From: a bacterium
Lineage (GTDB): Bacteria; Zhuqueibacterota; Zhuqueibacteria; Zhuqueibacterales; Zhuqueibacteraceae
Direction of reading: 5' to 3'
Length of the DNA: 64,000 bases
NCBI GenBank assembly: GCA_044869275.1
Contig: JBIOXB010000139.1
Span: 32,001 to 96,000 of the forward strand
Position numbers and translations under genes: made by a program. Under the pieces are notes generated by a model that was not told where the DNA came from, ran no database searches, and worked only from the letters and a program-made list of their open reading frames with translations. This document shows, one piece after another, positions 8,208-18,552 of the stretch (position 1 is its first letter; the number at the start of each line of letters is the position of its first letter).

Positions 8208-10097
8208 ATGGCCGAATATCCGAAAACGCCGAACGAAGCGAAGCCAGCGCAGCAGCGCTCCGCGTGGCTGTGGGTTCCAAGTTTATACTATGCGGAAGGC
8301 ATTCCCTATATCGTGGTCATGTCGATTTCGGTGGTGATGTACAAGCTGATGGGCGTCTCCAACACCGATCTGGCGTTGTACACCAGCTGGTTGTATTTGC
8401 CCTGGGTGATCAAGCCGTTGTGGAGCCCTTGCGTCGATCTTTTTCGCACGAAAAGATTCTGGATAGTCACGATGCAGCTCGTGGTCGGCGCAGGCCTCGC
8501 CGGCGTCGCGCTCACCACTCCTCTGCCCTCTTTCTTGCAGTATACACTGATTTTCTTTTGGCTGCTGGCGTTCAGCTCGGCAACGCACGACATCGCCGCG
8601 GACGGCTTTTACATGCTCGGCCTCGCGCCACACCAACAAGCTTTGTTCGTCGGCGTGCGCAGCACATTTTACCGCCTAGCCATGATCACGGGCCAGGGCT
8701 TGCTCGTCATGTTCGCCGGCTATCTCGAAAGCCACAGCGGTCTGCCGGCAATGACCACTTCGATTCATGCGCGGCCTTCCGCCTTGCCGCATCAGATGCT
8801 CCATCCTGATTCGATCCGTGCAATGCCGCGCCAGGGGGACTTGCGCCTGATCGCGGTGCCGGCGGATTTGACCATCGACCTGGCACCGCGCCGAAAAGCG
8901 GAGGTGGATTCGATCATCGCCTTTGCCAAAAAATGGAATGGGCAGAACGGTTTTTATCAAATCGAACAAAATGGCCCGGCGACGGCCACAAAAGCACCAG
9001 CGCCCTCATGGTGGCAACGAGCGGTGGCCGTCAAAGTGGAGGCATTTCTGAAACGGCATTTCGCCCCGGTGGAGCAGGCGGTGATGAAATCCGATTTTGG
9101 CGGCAATATCGGCGCGGTCTTTTTTCATCTTTCGCAAGCGCCGCCCGCGGGGCAAAGAATTGTGGTGAACTTCGGCCGGGCTTCCGGCGACAATAGCATC
9201 GCATTGGTCGAGGGCGCGCGTTTTCAATTCACGCCGGAAAACTGGAACAAACCAGTGATGGCGGTGCTGCAATTGGATCGCAAGCTGCAAACCCCCACCT
9301 CCGCCGCGTTCAAAGCCCGCGCCGGCAACATTCCCTGGGCGTGGTCGATCACGTTTTTTGTGCTGGCGGGAATGTTTGTGGGCTTTTGCATTTATCACCG
9401 TGCCATGCTTCCGCACCCTCCCCAGGACGCCGCCAGCATGAAATCGTCCAGCCGGTGGAAGGATTTTTGGAGCACTTTCGCCTCCTTTTTCAAAAAGAAA
9501 AACATCGGCGTGATTCTCGCCTTCTTGCTCCTCTATCGCTTTGCGGAAGCGCAATTGGTGAAACTCGCTCCGCCATTCTTGCTGGATGCGCGTGAAGTGG
9601 GCGGTTTGGCATTGACGGCCGGGCAAGTGGGTTTTGTCTACGGCACGGTGGGAATTGTGGCGCTGACCATCGGGGGCTTGCTCGGCGGCTGGGTGATTTC
9701 CAGGCAGGGTCTGAAGTTTTGGCTCTGGCCCATGGTGCTGGCGATCAACATTCCAGACGCGGTTTACATCTATCTCGCGTATGCTTTGCCGGATAGTTTT
9801 TTCGTCACCAATCTTTGCGTTGCCCTCGAGTCGCTCGGATACGGTTTCGGTTTTACGGCTTACATGCTCTACATGATCTACATTTCCGAGGGTGAGCATA
9901 AGACCGCGCACTTTGCGCTCTGCACTGGCTTCATGGCGCTGGGTATGATGATTCCGGGCATGTTCAGCGGCTGGCTGCAGGAAATCATCGGTTATCGGCA
10001 TTTCTTCGTGTGGGTGATGTTGGCGACGAGCCTCGGTTTTTCGGTGACGAAGTTCATTCAAGTCGATCCCGAGTTTGGGAAAAAGCTGAAAGCGTAA
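8208..10097 (+). CDS. AmpG-like MFS transporter with a large soluble insertion
   Basis: LYYAEGIP, LPWVIKPLWSP, SATHDIAADGFY, HKTAHFALCTG; 629 aa. Confidence 0.88.
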   Translation: MAEYPKTPNEAKPAQQRSAWLWVPSLYYAEGIPYIVVMSISVVMYKLMGVSNTDLALYTSWLYLPWVIKPLWSPCVDLFRTKRFWIVTMQLVVGAGLAGVALTTPLPSFLQYTLIFFWLLAFSSATHDIAADGFYMLGLAPHQQALFVGVRSTFYRLAMITGQGLLVMFAGYLESHSGLPAMTTSIHARPSALPHQMLHPDSIRAMPRQGDLRLIAVPADLTIDLAPRRKAEVDSIIAFAKKWNGQNGFYQIEQNGPATATKAPAPSWWQRAVAVKVEAFLKRHFAPVEQAVMKSDFGGNIGAVFFHLSQAPPAGQRIVVNFGRASGDNSIALVEGARFQFTPENWNKPVMAVLQLDRKLQTPTSAAFKARAGNIPWAWSITFFVLAGMFVGFCIYHRAMLPHPPQDAASMKSSSRWKDFWSTFASFFKKKNIGVILAFLLLYRFAEAQLVKLAPPFLLDAREVGGLALTAGQVGFVYGTVGIVALTIGGLLGGWVISRQGLKFWLWPMVLAINIPDAVYIYLAYALPDSFFVTNLCVALESLGYGFGFTAYMLYMIYISEGEHKTAHFALCTGFMALGMMIPGMFSGWLQEIIGYRHFFVWVMLATSLGFSVTKFIQVDPEFGKKLKA

Positions 10098-10123
10098 CTT
10101 TTAAAAATCAACTTTCCACAAGC

Positions 10124-11683
10124 ATGGCTATGGAACCAAAACGCCTCGCCGCCATTGACATTGGCTCGAATTCCACGCGCTCGATCATCGTTGAAGTCGA
10201 TGCCGATGGCAATTTTCGCGTGCTCGACGACGAAAAAGAATCCACACGCATCGGCGAGGGCATGGGCAAGAACAAAAACCTGTCCGCGGCCGCCCGGCAG
10301 CGCACGATTCAGGCGCTGCAGCGCATGACCGACATCGCGCGCGGCTTTGGCGCGGAAAAAATCCAGGCCATCGCCACCAGCGCCGTGCGTGAAGCCAAGA
10401 ACCGCGAGGCGTTTTTGCAGAGCGTGGAAACGGAAGTCGGGCTGAAAATCAAGATCATTTCCGGCGAAGAAGAAGCGCGCCTGGCCTTTCTCAGCATGTT
10501 GCATCATTTCGATCTCGGCCACCAGCGTTTTTTCGCCTTGGACATCGGCGGTGGCAGCGCGGCTATCATTTCCGCGCGCGGACCGCACGTGGAAAAAATT
10601 CACTGCCTGGAATTGGGCGCGGTGCGCTTGACGGAGAAGTTCTTGCACAGCGATCCGATCAGCGAAGCGGAATACAGAGCGCTGAGCAGACATATTAAAA
10701 AGACCCTGCAGCCCATTCGCGCCGCCGAAGAACCAGGTGCGCAGATTCTCATCGGCTCCGGCGGCACGATCACCACGATCGCGGAATTGCACAAAGCGCT
10801 GCAGGAAGAAAAATACACCGGCGTACACGGCTACGAATTGAATCGTGCGCAAGTGAACCACGTGCTGGACGACCTGCGGCACAAATCGCTGAAAGAACGC
10901 CGCAAGCTGCCGGGCTTGAACCCCGAGCGTGCCGACATCATCGTCGCCGGCGTCACCGTGGTCAATCAAGTCATGAAGGTGTTTGAAATCAACACGCTGC
11001 GCGTGAGCGCGCGCGGCATTCGCGAAGGATTGATTCTCGACATGATTGCCGGGCCGGCCGCGGCGCGCAAAAAAAATCCCGTGCAAAAACCCGTTTCCGC
11101 CAGCCGGCGCGAGAGTGTGCGCGCCTTCGCCGAATCCTGCCGCTTTGAGGCGCCACATTCGCTGCACGTGACCAAGCTGGCGTTGAATATCTATGATCAA
11201 TTGCTGCGTCCCAACGAGAACCAAATCGCGTACGAGCGTGATCTTTTGGAAGCGGCGAGTATCCTGCACGATATCGGCTATTTTATCAATTACACGCGCC
11301 ATCACAAGCACAGTTATCATTTGATCATCCATTCGCCGCTGGTGGGATTTTCACCGCGCGAAATCGCGATCATCGCCAACCTGGCGCGCTACCATCGCCG
11401 CGCCGAACCGAGCAGGCACCACGCCGAATTCGCGCAACTCGGCAAGCCGGATCAAAAATTGGTGCTGAAACTGGCCGGCATCCTGCGCCTCGCCGACGGC
11501 CTGGACCGCAGCCACGGCCAGCGCATTCAAGAATTGCACAGCGAAAAAACCGGGAAAAAAACGCTTTTGCATTTATTCTCAAGCAAAGATATTGGCATCG
11601 AAATATGGGGGGCGCAACAGAAAGACGGGTTGTTCAAGGAATTCTTCGATACCCAATTGGAGTATAAGCACGTTCCGCAGTAG
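10124..11683 (+). CDS. ppx: Ppx/GppA exopolyphosphatase with C-terminal HD domain
   Basis: AAIDIGSNS, ATSAVREA, DIGGGS, REGL, LHDIG, HHKHS, LARYHR. Confidence 0.93.
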   Translation: MAMEPKRLAAIDIGSNSTRSIIVEVDADGNFRVLDDEKESTRIGEGMGKNKNLSAAARQRTIQALQRMTDIARGFGAEKIQAIATSAVREAKNREAFLQSVETEVGLKIKIISGEEEARLAFLSMLHHFDLGHQRFFALDIGGGSAAIISARGPHVEKIHCLELGAVRLTEKFLHSDPISEAEYRALSRHIKKTLQPIRAAEEPGAQILIGSGGTITTIAELHKALQEEKYTGVHGYELNRAQVNHVLDDLRHKSLKERRKLPGLNPERADIIVAGVTVVNQVMKVFEINTLRVSARGIREGLILDMIAGPAAARKKNPVQKPVSASRRESVRAFAESCRFEAPHSLHVTKLALNIYDQLLRPNENQIAYERDLLEAASILHDIGYFINYTRHHKHSYHLIIHSPLVGFSPREIAIIANLARYHRRAEPSRHHAEFAQLGKPDQKLVLKLAGILRLADGLDRSHGQRIQELHSEKTGKKTLLHLFSSKDIGIEIWGAQQKDGLFKEFFDTQLEYKHVPQ

Positions 11684-11684
11684 T

Positions 11685-11885
11685 CAGCCTGTGTGAAAAC
11701 GCTCGTGCCACCGCTCAGCGGTGGAATGCATGCGGTGACGCTCTGCGTTCGGAAAAGTTAGGCCTTCATAAGTATTATGAAAACAAAATGTGATCGGACG
11801 ACAAGCGGAAACGCAGAGCGTTTCAATAGGTATCACGATCCCGAGGGTTCGGGATCGTGACGAGAGCGCGTTTTCACATAGTCTG
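11685..11885. mobile_element. ~200 bp non-autonomous MITE/REPIN-like element, copy 1
   Basis: Highly similar to 35138-35337; terminal IR cagcctgtgtgaaaacgc / gcgttttcacatagtctg; internal hairpins. Confidence 0.8.
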
Positions 11886-12267
11886 AGTGCTCTTGGCGCT
11901 TAACCGCCCCTCTGGTATTGTCATCGCAGTTTTTAAATTGAAATTACCTGCACTCTCCCTGGGAGAATTTCGTCCCTTGATTTTCTATGGCCGATAGGCT
12001 ATTTTAGTTTTACGGTAACTATCCAGCTATTGTTTTTGTCAGCGGATTGAGCGGATAAAGCGGATTTTAAAGATTCGTTTACCGGCGAGACTACGCCGCC
12101 GAGTGACGTTGATGTAGCGGTTTATCCCGCCAGGGAATTGAGCTTCGATGACCGCCTCAACGTTATTCAACGGTTGAGCAAAAAGCGGCCTTGGACAATT
12201 TGGGCGTGACTTTTCTGGATCGTCTCGAAAACTTCTATTTGCTCAATGACATTATTGAAAACATCTT

Positions 12268-14346
12268 ATGACCACACCTGTGAAATTTTGTGAACATCCC
12301 TTCTTCTATCGCCGCCGGCCCACGCATGAAGTGAAAATCGGCGAGGTCGGCGTCGGTGGCGACAATCCCATTCGCGTGCAGTCCATGACCATTGCAGATA
12401 CCATGGACACCGCCGCGACCGTGAAAGAAACGATTCAGCTTTATGAAGCCGGCTGCGAGATCGTGCGCATCACCGCGCCCTCGATGAACGAGGCGGAGAA
12501 TCTACGCAACATCAAAGCGGAATTGCAGCGGCAGAATATTCGCGTGCCGCTGGTGGCGGATATTCATTACACGCCCAACGCGGCGCTGGCAGCGGCGGAG
12601 ATCGTGGAAAAGGTGCGCATCAACCCCGGCAATTACGCGGACAAGAAAAAATTCGAAGTGCGCGAATATACCGAGGCCGAATATCAGGGGGAATTGGAGC
12701 GCATTGCACAACGTTTCGCGCCGCTGGTGAAGAAGTGCAAAGCCAACGGCGTGGCCATGCGCATTGGCGTGAACCACGGCTCGCTCGCCGATCGCATCAT
12801 GAACCGTTACGGCGACACGCCCGAGGGCATGGTGCAATCAGCGCTGGAATTCATTCGCATCTGCGAGGCGCACGGCTACAAGGACATCGTGGTGTCGATG
12901 AAATCCTCGAATCCGCAGGTGATGATTCAAGCGTATCGCCTGCTCGCCGGCCGCATGTATGAATTGGGCATGACGTACCCGTTCCATCTCGGCGTGACCG
13001 AAGCCGGCGATGGCGAGGACGGCCGCATCAAATCAGCCGTAGGCATCGGCTCTTTACTGGAAGACGGCCTCGGCGATACCATTCGCGTGTCTTTGACCGA
13101 AGATTCGATCTATGAGCTTCCGGTGGCGCAAGCGCTGGTGAGAAAATTCAACGCTGGGCGTGAAAAAAATGGCGCAGCGCGGGAAGCAAATGAAGCACGG
13201 GTCTCGCAATTTCCCGTAGTGCCGGAAGACTGGGCTCGCGTGGTGAAACCTTACGAATACAATCGCCGCGCGGCGCAGCGGGTCGCAGTTTCCGGTCTGG
13301 CGCTGGGCGAAAAAGAGTTGGTGCGCGTGGGCATTTCGCTGGCGCACAACGGCGCGGCGGATGACGAAGTGCGGGCCGCGGTGCCGAAAGCGAGTTATGG
13401 CAAAATCAAAGTATTGGGCGCGCCCGAGCCGCCAGCGGAAAATTTCGCTGAATGGCTCGAAACCGGCGCGAACGGTTGGAATCTGCAGCACACGCGCGCA
13501 TGTTTGCAAAACACGGGGCAACATTCCCCTCTCGCCGCAACCTGGCAAAGCTTGAACGGCGAGAAAGCGCCGGAAACCGTGTTGTTGTTTATGAATGAAG
13601 CGAGCGCGGAAGAAGTTGTTTCGAGCTGGCGATATGCACAGCGGCACGGCGCACATTTGCAGGCCGTGCTCACAACTGAAATGATTGCCGAGCGCTCGTT
13701 TTTTGCAAATGCGGATTTGCTCAAAAACGTGCTTCCGGCCGGAGCCTCGTGCTCGATTGCCATGGCCATTCCCGGCAATCGCCTCGGCCAGGTGGGCTTG
13801 GTGCGCATGTTCGTGAGTTATATCGATAAGATCGGCCTAAACGTGCCGCTGATCTGGCGTTATCAGGTCCCGCCCGATTTGCGCGGCTCGGCCACGGATT
13901 GGATGCTCGATGCCAGCAGCCAGCTCGGCGCATTGTTGTGTGATGGGCTTGGCGACGCCCTCGTGGTCGAAGGCTTGATCAAACCGGCAGAAGCTTTGCG
14001 TTTTAGCTACAATTTGTTGCAAGCCACGCGCTTGCGCATTTCCAAAACCGAATTCATCTCCTGTCCAAGCTGCGGCCGCACGCTGTTCAATTTGCAAACC
14101 ACCACAGAGCGCATTAAATCCAAAACCAGCCATCTAAAGGGTGTGAAAATTGCGATCATGGGCTGCATCGTCAATGGCCCGGGCGAGATGGCGGATGCGG
14201 ATTTCGGCTACGTCGGCACCGGCCCAAAAGTCGTGAGCTTGTACGTGGGCAAAGAATGCGTGCAGCGCAACCTCCCCGAGGAGGAAGCGGATGCGCGGCT
14301 GATTGAGCTGATCAAAGCGCATGGCAAGTGGGTGGAGCCGGGGTAG
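12268..14346 (+). CDS. ispG: HMBPP synthase (IspG/GcpE), long three-domain form
   Basis: IRVQSMT, PLVADIH, RINPGN, RIGVNHGSL, HLGVTEAG, GDTIRVSLT, SCPSCGRT, MGCIVNGPGE. Confidence 0.97.
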   Translation: MTTPVKFCEHPFFYRRRPTHEVKIGEVGVGGDNPIRVQSMTIADTMDTAATVKETIQLYEAGCEIVRITAPSMNEAENLRNIKAELQRQNIRVPLVADIHYTPNAALAAAEIVEKVRINPGNYADKKKFEVREYTEAEYQGELERIAQRFAPLVKKCKANGVAMRIGVNHGSLADRIMNRYGDTPEGMVQSALEFIRICEAHGYKDIVVSMKSSNPQVMIQAYRLLAGRMYELGMTYPFHLGVTEAGDGEDGRIKSAVGIGSLLEDGLGDTIRVSLTEDSIYELPVAQALVRKFNAGREKNGAAREANEARVSQFPVVPEDWARVVKPYEYNRRAAQRVAVSGLALGEKELVRVGISLAHNGAADDEVRAAVPKASYGKIKVLGAPEPPAENFAEWLETGANGWNLQHTRACLQNTGQHSPLAATWQSLNGEKAPETVLLFMNEASAEEVVSSWRYAQRHGAHLQAVLTTEMIAERSFFANADLLKNVLPAGASCSIAMAIPGNRLGQVGLVRMFVSYIDKIGLNVPLIWRYQVPPDLRGSATDWMLDASSQLGALLCDGLGDALVVEGLIKPAEALRFSYNLLQATRLRISKTEFISCPSCGRTLFNLQTTTERIKSKTSHLKGVKIAIMGCIVNGPGEMADADFGYVGTGPKVVSLYVGKECVQRNLPEEEADARLIELIKAHGKWVEPG

Positions 14347-14480
14347 CTCGTGGATTGTGGATAGATGATCGAGGATCGAGAATTGATGATCGAGAATTGT
14401 AGTTTGAGATTTAAGAATCTATATGGCACTTCACGATCCACAATCCACCATCCTCGATCCACGATCTTCGATCTTCGATT
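14346..14480. repeat. Inverted pair of heptamer tandem arrays
   Basis: Left units gatcgag/gattgtg; right units ctcgatc/cacaatc/cacgatc. Confidence 0.8.
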
Positions 14481-15532
14481 TTATTTCAAACGCCGGTCTC
14501 ACAATCTTCGACGAAAAGACATTCGGCCAGCTCGCCTTGCAGCTTTTTCGTTATCAACTTCAACACAACCCGATTTATCGCAGATTTTGCGAGCAAGCTT
14601 CACCACCCGCCATCGCTCCGCGTCATTGGGCTGAAATCCCCGCGGTCACGACCAGCGCATTCAAACATGTGCCGTTAACCTGTTTTCCTCCGGAACAAGC
14701 GCATGCCGTATTTCATACCAGCGGCACTACGGCGCAGCGCAGCGGCAAACATTATTTTCGCACTTTGGAATTCTATCGCGCCGCGATGTTGCGCAGCTTT
14801 CGCGCTTATTGCCTGCCTGATCGTGAAAAAATGCTCATGCTTTTTCTCGGGCCGACGGCTGAACATTTTCCCAACTCGTCTTTGGGCTATATGTTTTCCG
14901 CCGTGCACGAAGAGTTCGGCGCAAAAGGCAGCGCCGCGTTTTTCACACCGGAAAAACTGGCGCTGACCGAATTCCGGAATGCTGTCGAACGAGCCGTGCG
15001 AGAACCGGTTTTCATTTTGGGAACGGCTTTCAATTTGTTGCAATGCATGGAGGAATTGCTGAAGAGCGGGCGGCATTTGGTGCTGCCTTCCGGCAGCCGC
15101 ATTTTGGATACCGGCGGCTACAAAGGCCGCACACGCGAAGTGCCGCGCGAGGAATTTCAAGAGATGTTGTCCGGCTGTTTCGGTGTACCGGGACATTTCG
15201 TATTAAATGAATACGGTATGACGGAATTGAGCTCGCAGTTTTATGAAAGCCGCTTGCCGGGCACACCATTGCGAGACGATAAGGTAGACATCAAGTTCAT
15301 GCCGCCCTGGGTGCGCGTTGTTGCCGTTGACCCGGGGAATTTGCAGCCATTGCCCGCGGGCGAGATCGGCATGCTGCGCATTTTTGATTTGGCAAATGTC
15401 GATTCCGTGCTGGCGATTCAAACCGAAGACTTGGGTCGGGCGTGGCAGGATCGCCTTGAATTGGTGGGCCGCGCGAGCGGGGCGGAATTGCGCGGGTGTT
15501 CGCTGCTCACGGAGACAATTGCTAGAATATGA
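14423..15532 (+). CDS. LuxE-like acyl-protein synthetase
   Basis: FHTSGTT, DTGGYKG, EYGMTELSSQ, IQTEDLG, GRASGAELRGCS. Confidence 0.9.
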   Translation: MALHDPQSTILDPRSSIFDFISNAGLTIFDEKTFGQLALQLFRYQLQHNPIYRRFCEQASPPAIAPRHWAEIPAVTTSAFKHVPLTCFPPEQAHAVFHTSGTTAQRSGKHYFRTLEFYRAAMLRSFRAYCLPDREKMLMLFLGPTAEHFPNSSLGYMFSAVHEEFGAKGSAAFFTPEKLALTEFRNAVERAVREPVFILGTAFNLLQCMEELLKSGRHLVLPSGSRILDTGGYKGRTREVPREEFQEMLSGCFGVPGHFVLNEYGMTELSSQFYESRLPGTPLRDDKVDIKFMPPWVRVVAVDPGNLQPLPAGEIGMLRIFDLANVDSVLAIQTEDLGRAWQDRLELVGRASGAELRGCSLLTETIARI

Positions 15533-16896
15533 CTAATTCTTTGTCAAATAAGAATCCAAAGCTGCCATCTGCATTCGTGCCCCTTTCATCGGGGTTTGCC
15601 CGCGAGCATCAGGGCTTGTCTCCTGCGGAGCTATCCCGTCTATTGCAGGCTTTTCACACTCACGCAATTGAAATTGAAGCAAATGCCAAAGACTGGCAAC
15701 AGCGCGCGCTCAAAGCCTGGCACGCCGTGGCGCGCGCATGGGAAAACTGGCAATTCCCGGGAGCAGAAGCGGTGCTGGCGCAATTGGAAAACAATACGCA
15801 CATGAGCCCTCCGGTGCTGCGTGAAAGCCTCGCTAATCATTTTCGCATGATCAGTACGGCGGAAATGGCCGCGTGGCTGGAAGAAGTTGAAGAAGGGCGC
15901 GCGACCAATGCCGGTGAAAATGGCTATCCTGCCTGGGCTTTTATCATTGGTTCGGGAAACATTCCAGGCGTCGCTTTGCAGCCGCTCATCCAGTTTTCAC
16001 TGCTGGGCATTCCAGCCTTGGTCAAATCTGCCAGCAGCGAACCGCATTTCATGCCCGCGGTCTTGACTACACTCGCGCAGTATGATGAAGAAGTCGCCGC
16101 GCACACGCTCGCGTTAACTTGGCCGCGAGATCAAGAAATTCTGACCGACGCCGTGCTGGCGCAATCACCGGCTGTGGTTGCGTTCGGAGATGATGTCACC
16201 ATGGCGCGGTTGCAGCACAAGGCGGCAGCGAGTTTTGCGCCGTTCGGAGATCGTTTCAGCACGTCGATTGTGTCAGCGGCGGGAGCCAAGCTGCAAACCC
16301 TGCGCAAGCTGGCCTATGATTTCATCATGTTCGATGGCAAAGGTTGCCTCTCCCCGCAAGCGATTTTTGTGATCGCGGACACATGGGAAGAAGTGGAAAA
16401 TTTTGCCATGCATCTTGCGGGTGTGCTGGCAGAAGAAAATCAAAAATGGCCGGCAGGACACTGGTCTGAGGCCGAAAGAGCTTTGATTCAACAGTGGCGC
16501 GGGGCGTGGCAGATGCGGCGCGCCGCCGGTGATAAGATCGCCATACTTCAGCCCAGTGACACTGCGTGGTCCGTGGTCGCAGCGGATGAGTTTGATTTGG
16601 ACGATCGCACGGCGTTTCGAGCGGTACGTTTGTGGTGGGTGAAGGATTTTGCAGAAGTCATGCTGGTGCTGAAAAATCACAGCCACAAAATTCACGCACT
16701 CGCGGCCGATCTCAAAGATGAAGAATTTGCTCGGCTCGCGCTTGATCTCGATGAGCAAAAAGAGCTGCTAGGCCGCATCATCTGTGCTCCTGGAGAATTA
16801 CAGCGCCCCTTCTTTGGATGGATGGGAATCAATCGGCGGTGGTTTGAGTTGATGCATGGCATTGGGTTGGGAGTTGGTGACGGGGCGAGTGGGTGA
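15529..16896 (+). CDS. LuxC-like acyl-CoA/acyl-protein reductase
   Basis: IGSGNIPG, LVKSASSEP, VVAFGDD, FDGKGCLSPQ (catalytic Cys); ATGA overlap with the luxE-like gene. Confidence 0.85.
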   Translation: MTNSLSNKNPKLPSAFVPLSSGFAREHQGLSPAELSRLLQAFHTHAIEIEANAKDWQQRALKAWHAVARAWENWQFPGAEAVLAQLENNTHMSPPVLRESLANHFRMISTAEMAAWLEEVEEGRATNAGENGYPAWAFIIGSGNIPGVALQPLIQFSLLGIPALVKSASSEPHFMPAVLTTLAQYDEEVAAHTLALTWPRDQEILTDAVLAQSPAVVAFGDDVTMARLQHKAAASFAPFGDRFSTSIVSAAGAKLQTLRKLAYDFIMFDGKGCLSPQAIFVIADTWEEVENFAMHLAGVLAEENQKWPAGHWSEAERALIQQWRGAWQMRRAAGDKIAILQPSDTAWSVVAADEFDLDDRTAFRAVRLWWVKDFAEVMLVLKNHSHKIHALAADLKDEEFARLALDLDEQKELLGRIICAPGELQRPFFGWMGINRRWFELMHGIGLGVGDGASG

Positions 16897-17028
16897 GTGG
16901 GTGAGTGGGAGAGTGGGAGAGTGGGAGACTGGGAGACCGGGTGACGGCCGACGAGGTGATCAAGTGCTTTGACGACTTCTACTCCCCCCTTCCCCCTGTC
17001 TCCCCGTCTCCCCGTCTCCCCATCCCCA
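16883..17028. repeat. Inverted pair of octamer tandem arrays
   Basis: (gggwgagt)n on the left, (tctccccg)n on the right. Confidence 0.8.
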
Positions 17029-17060
17029 TCAAGCATCGGTTCTCATCGAAGGCGAAACGT

Positions 17061-18248
17061 ATGCTAAAAGACTTTCTCACCTACCTTTGCCAGACTTCCC
17101 CCGAGCCGCTCGGGCTGGAAATCGATCATGTCCAGGGTATCTATCTTTACACGCGCGACGGCCGGCGTTACATTGATTTCATCTCCGGCATCGGCGTGGC
17201 GAACATCGGGCATGGCCATCCGAAAGTGCTCGCCGCTATGCAGGCACAAATGCAGAAACATCTGCACGTGATGGTTTACGGCGAATACGTTCAGGAAGCG
17301 CAAGTGCGATATGCCAAACGCCTTTCGGAGCTTTCGCCGGTAAAAGACGGCGTCGCCTTTTTCTGCAACAGTGGTGCGGAAGCGATTGAAGGTGCACTCA
17401 AGACCGCACGCAAATTTACTGGGCGGAAGAACTATATTGCATTCGAAGGCGGGTATCACGGCGATACGTACGGCGCGCTGTCGGCGATGTCGAGCAGCTC
17501 TTATCGCCGTCCTTTCGAGCCGCTGTTGAGAGAATTTCAATTCATTCCTTTTGATGATCCTTCCATGTTGCACCGAATTGATGAAAATACTGCCGCCGTT
17601 TTGTTCGAGCCGGTGCAGGGTGAGGCCGGGGTGCGCGTTCCTGCGCCGGAATTTTTGCCGGCGTTGCGGCAACGCTGCGATGAGACCGGCGCGCTCATGA
17701 TTGCCGACGAAGTGATGACCGGCTTCGGCCGCACCGGAAAGTTATTCGCCTGCGAGCATTGGCAGATTCAACCTGATATTGTTTGTCTTGCGAAGGCTTT
17801 GGGCGGCGGTCTGCCGCTGGGCGCTTTCATCGGCCGGCGTGAAATTATGCAAACTCTTTCGCACGATCCGCCCTTAGCGCATGTTACCACCTTCGGCGGA
17901 CATCCTTTGAGTTGCGCCGCAGGCTTGGCCGCGCTGGAAGTTTTATTGACCGAAAAAATGGTGGAAAACAGCGCGCGAAATGGCGTGCGTTTTCTGCATG
18001 AACTGCAGTTAAATCTGCAAAACAACAAATCCATCAAAGACATTCGCGGCCTGGGGAGTTTTTTTGCCATCGAGTTCGATTCGGAAGCCGCCACACAAAG
18101 ATTCGTGAAGAACTGCCGCGAGGCTGGCTTGATCATCGGTTGGACGTTGCACCATGCCACGATCGTACGCGCCGCTCCGCCATTATGCATGAACGAGCAG
18201 GAAGCGGAAGCGGCCATTGCAATCATGATTCGCGCGGCGCAGTTCTAA
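17061..18248 (+). CDS. Class III PLP aminotransferase (ArgD-like)
   Basis: [46 protein letters not shown]. Confidence 0.92.
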   Translation: MLKDFLTYLCQTSPEPLGLEIDHVQGIYLYTRDGRRYIDFISGIGVANIGHGHPKVLAAMQAQMQKHLHVMVYGEYVQEAQVRYAKRLSELSPVKDGVAFFCNSGAEAIEGALKTARKFTGRKNYIAFEGGYHGDTYGALSAMSSSSYRRPFEPLLREFQFIPFDDPSMLHRIDENTAAVLFEPVQGEAGVRVPAPEFLPALRQRCDETGALMIADEVMTGFGRTGKLFACEHWQIQPDIVCLAKALGGGLPLGAFIGRREIMQTLSHDPPLAHVTTFGGHPLSCAAGLAALEVLLTEKMVENSARNGVRFLHELQLNLQNNKSIKDIRGLGSFFAIEFDSEAATQRFVKNCREAGLIIGWTLHHATIVRAAPPLCMNEQEAEAAIAIMIRAAQF

Positions 18249-18552
18249 GATTAAATTATTGTCAAATTATCCGTTGGCCTTAATCAATCCATTGGAGAAA
18301 AAAGTTAGAATCTCATTCTGAGTTTACTTTGCTGGTCACCTAACCGCTAGCTTTGTCAGCTTGTCCCCACATTCCCTCCGCCCTCCGGGTGTGAAATCCT
18401 GGCCAATTCACAAAAATTGCGATTACTGTTCATAGGAATTGTCCTACGCAAATGACGAATCCGGCAAGTAGTATTCACTCGTATACCCAGATTTCAGCTT
18501 CGACTCCGCTGTGCACGGAATTCGACCGAATGGGTTCCTTCTTGGAATCAAC

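Noticed and set aside
12040..12250. Possible riboswitch upstream of ispG
   Set aside because: Some inverted repeats (ttgagca/tgctcaa) but no recognisable aptamer consensus
14423..16896. Bioluminescence operon
   Set aside because: No luxA, luxB or luxD in the window; luxCE homologues are common in non-luminous bacteria
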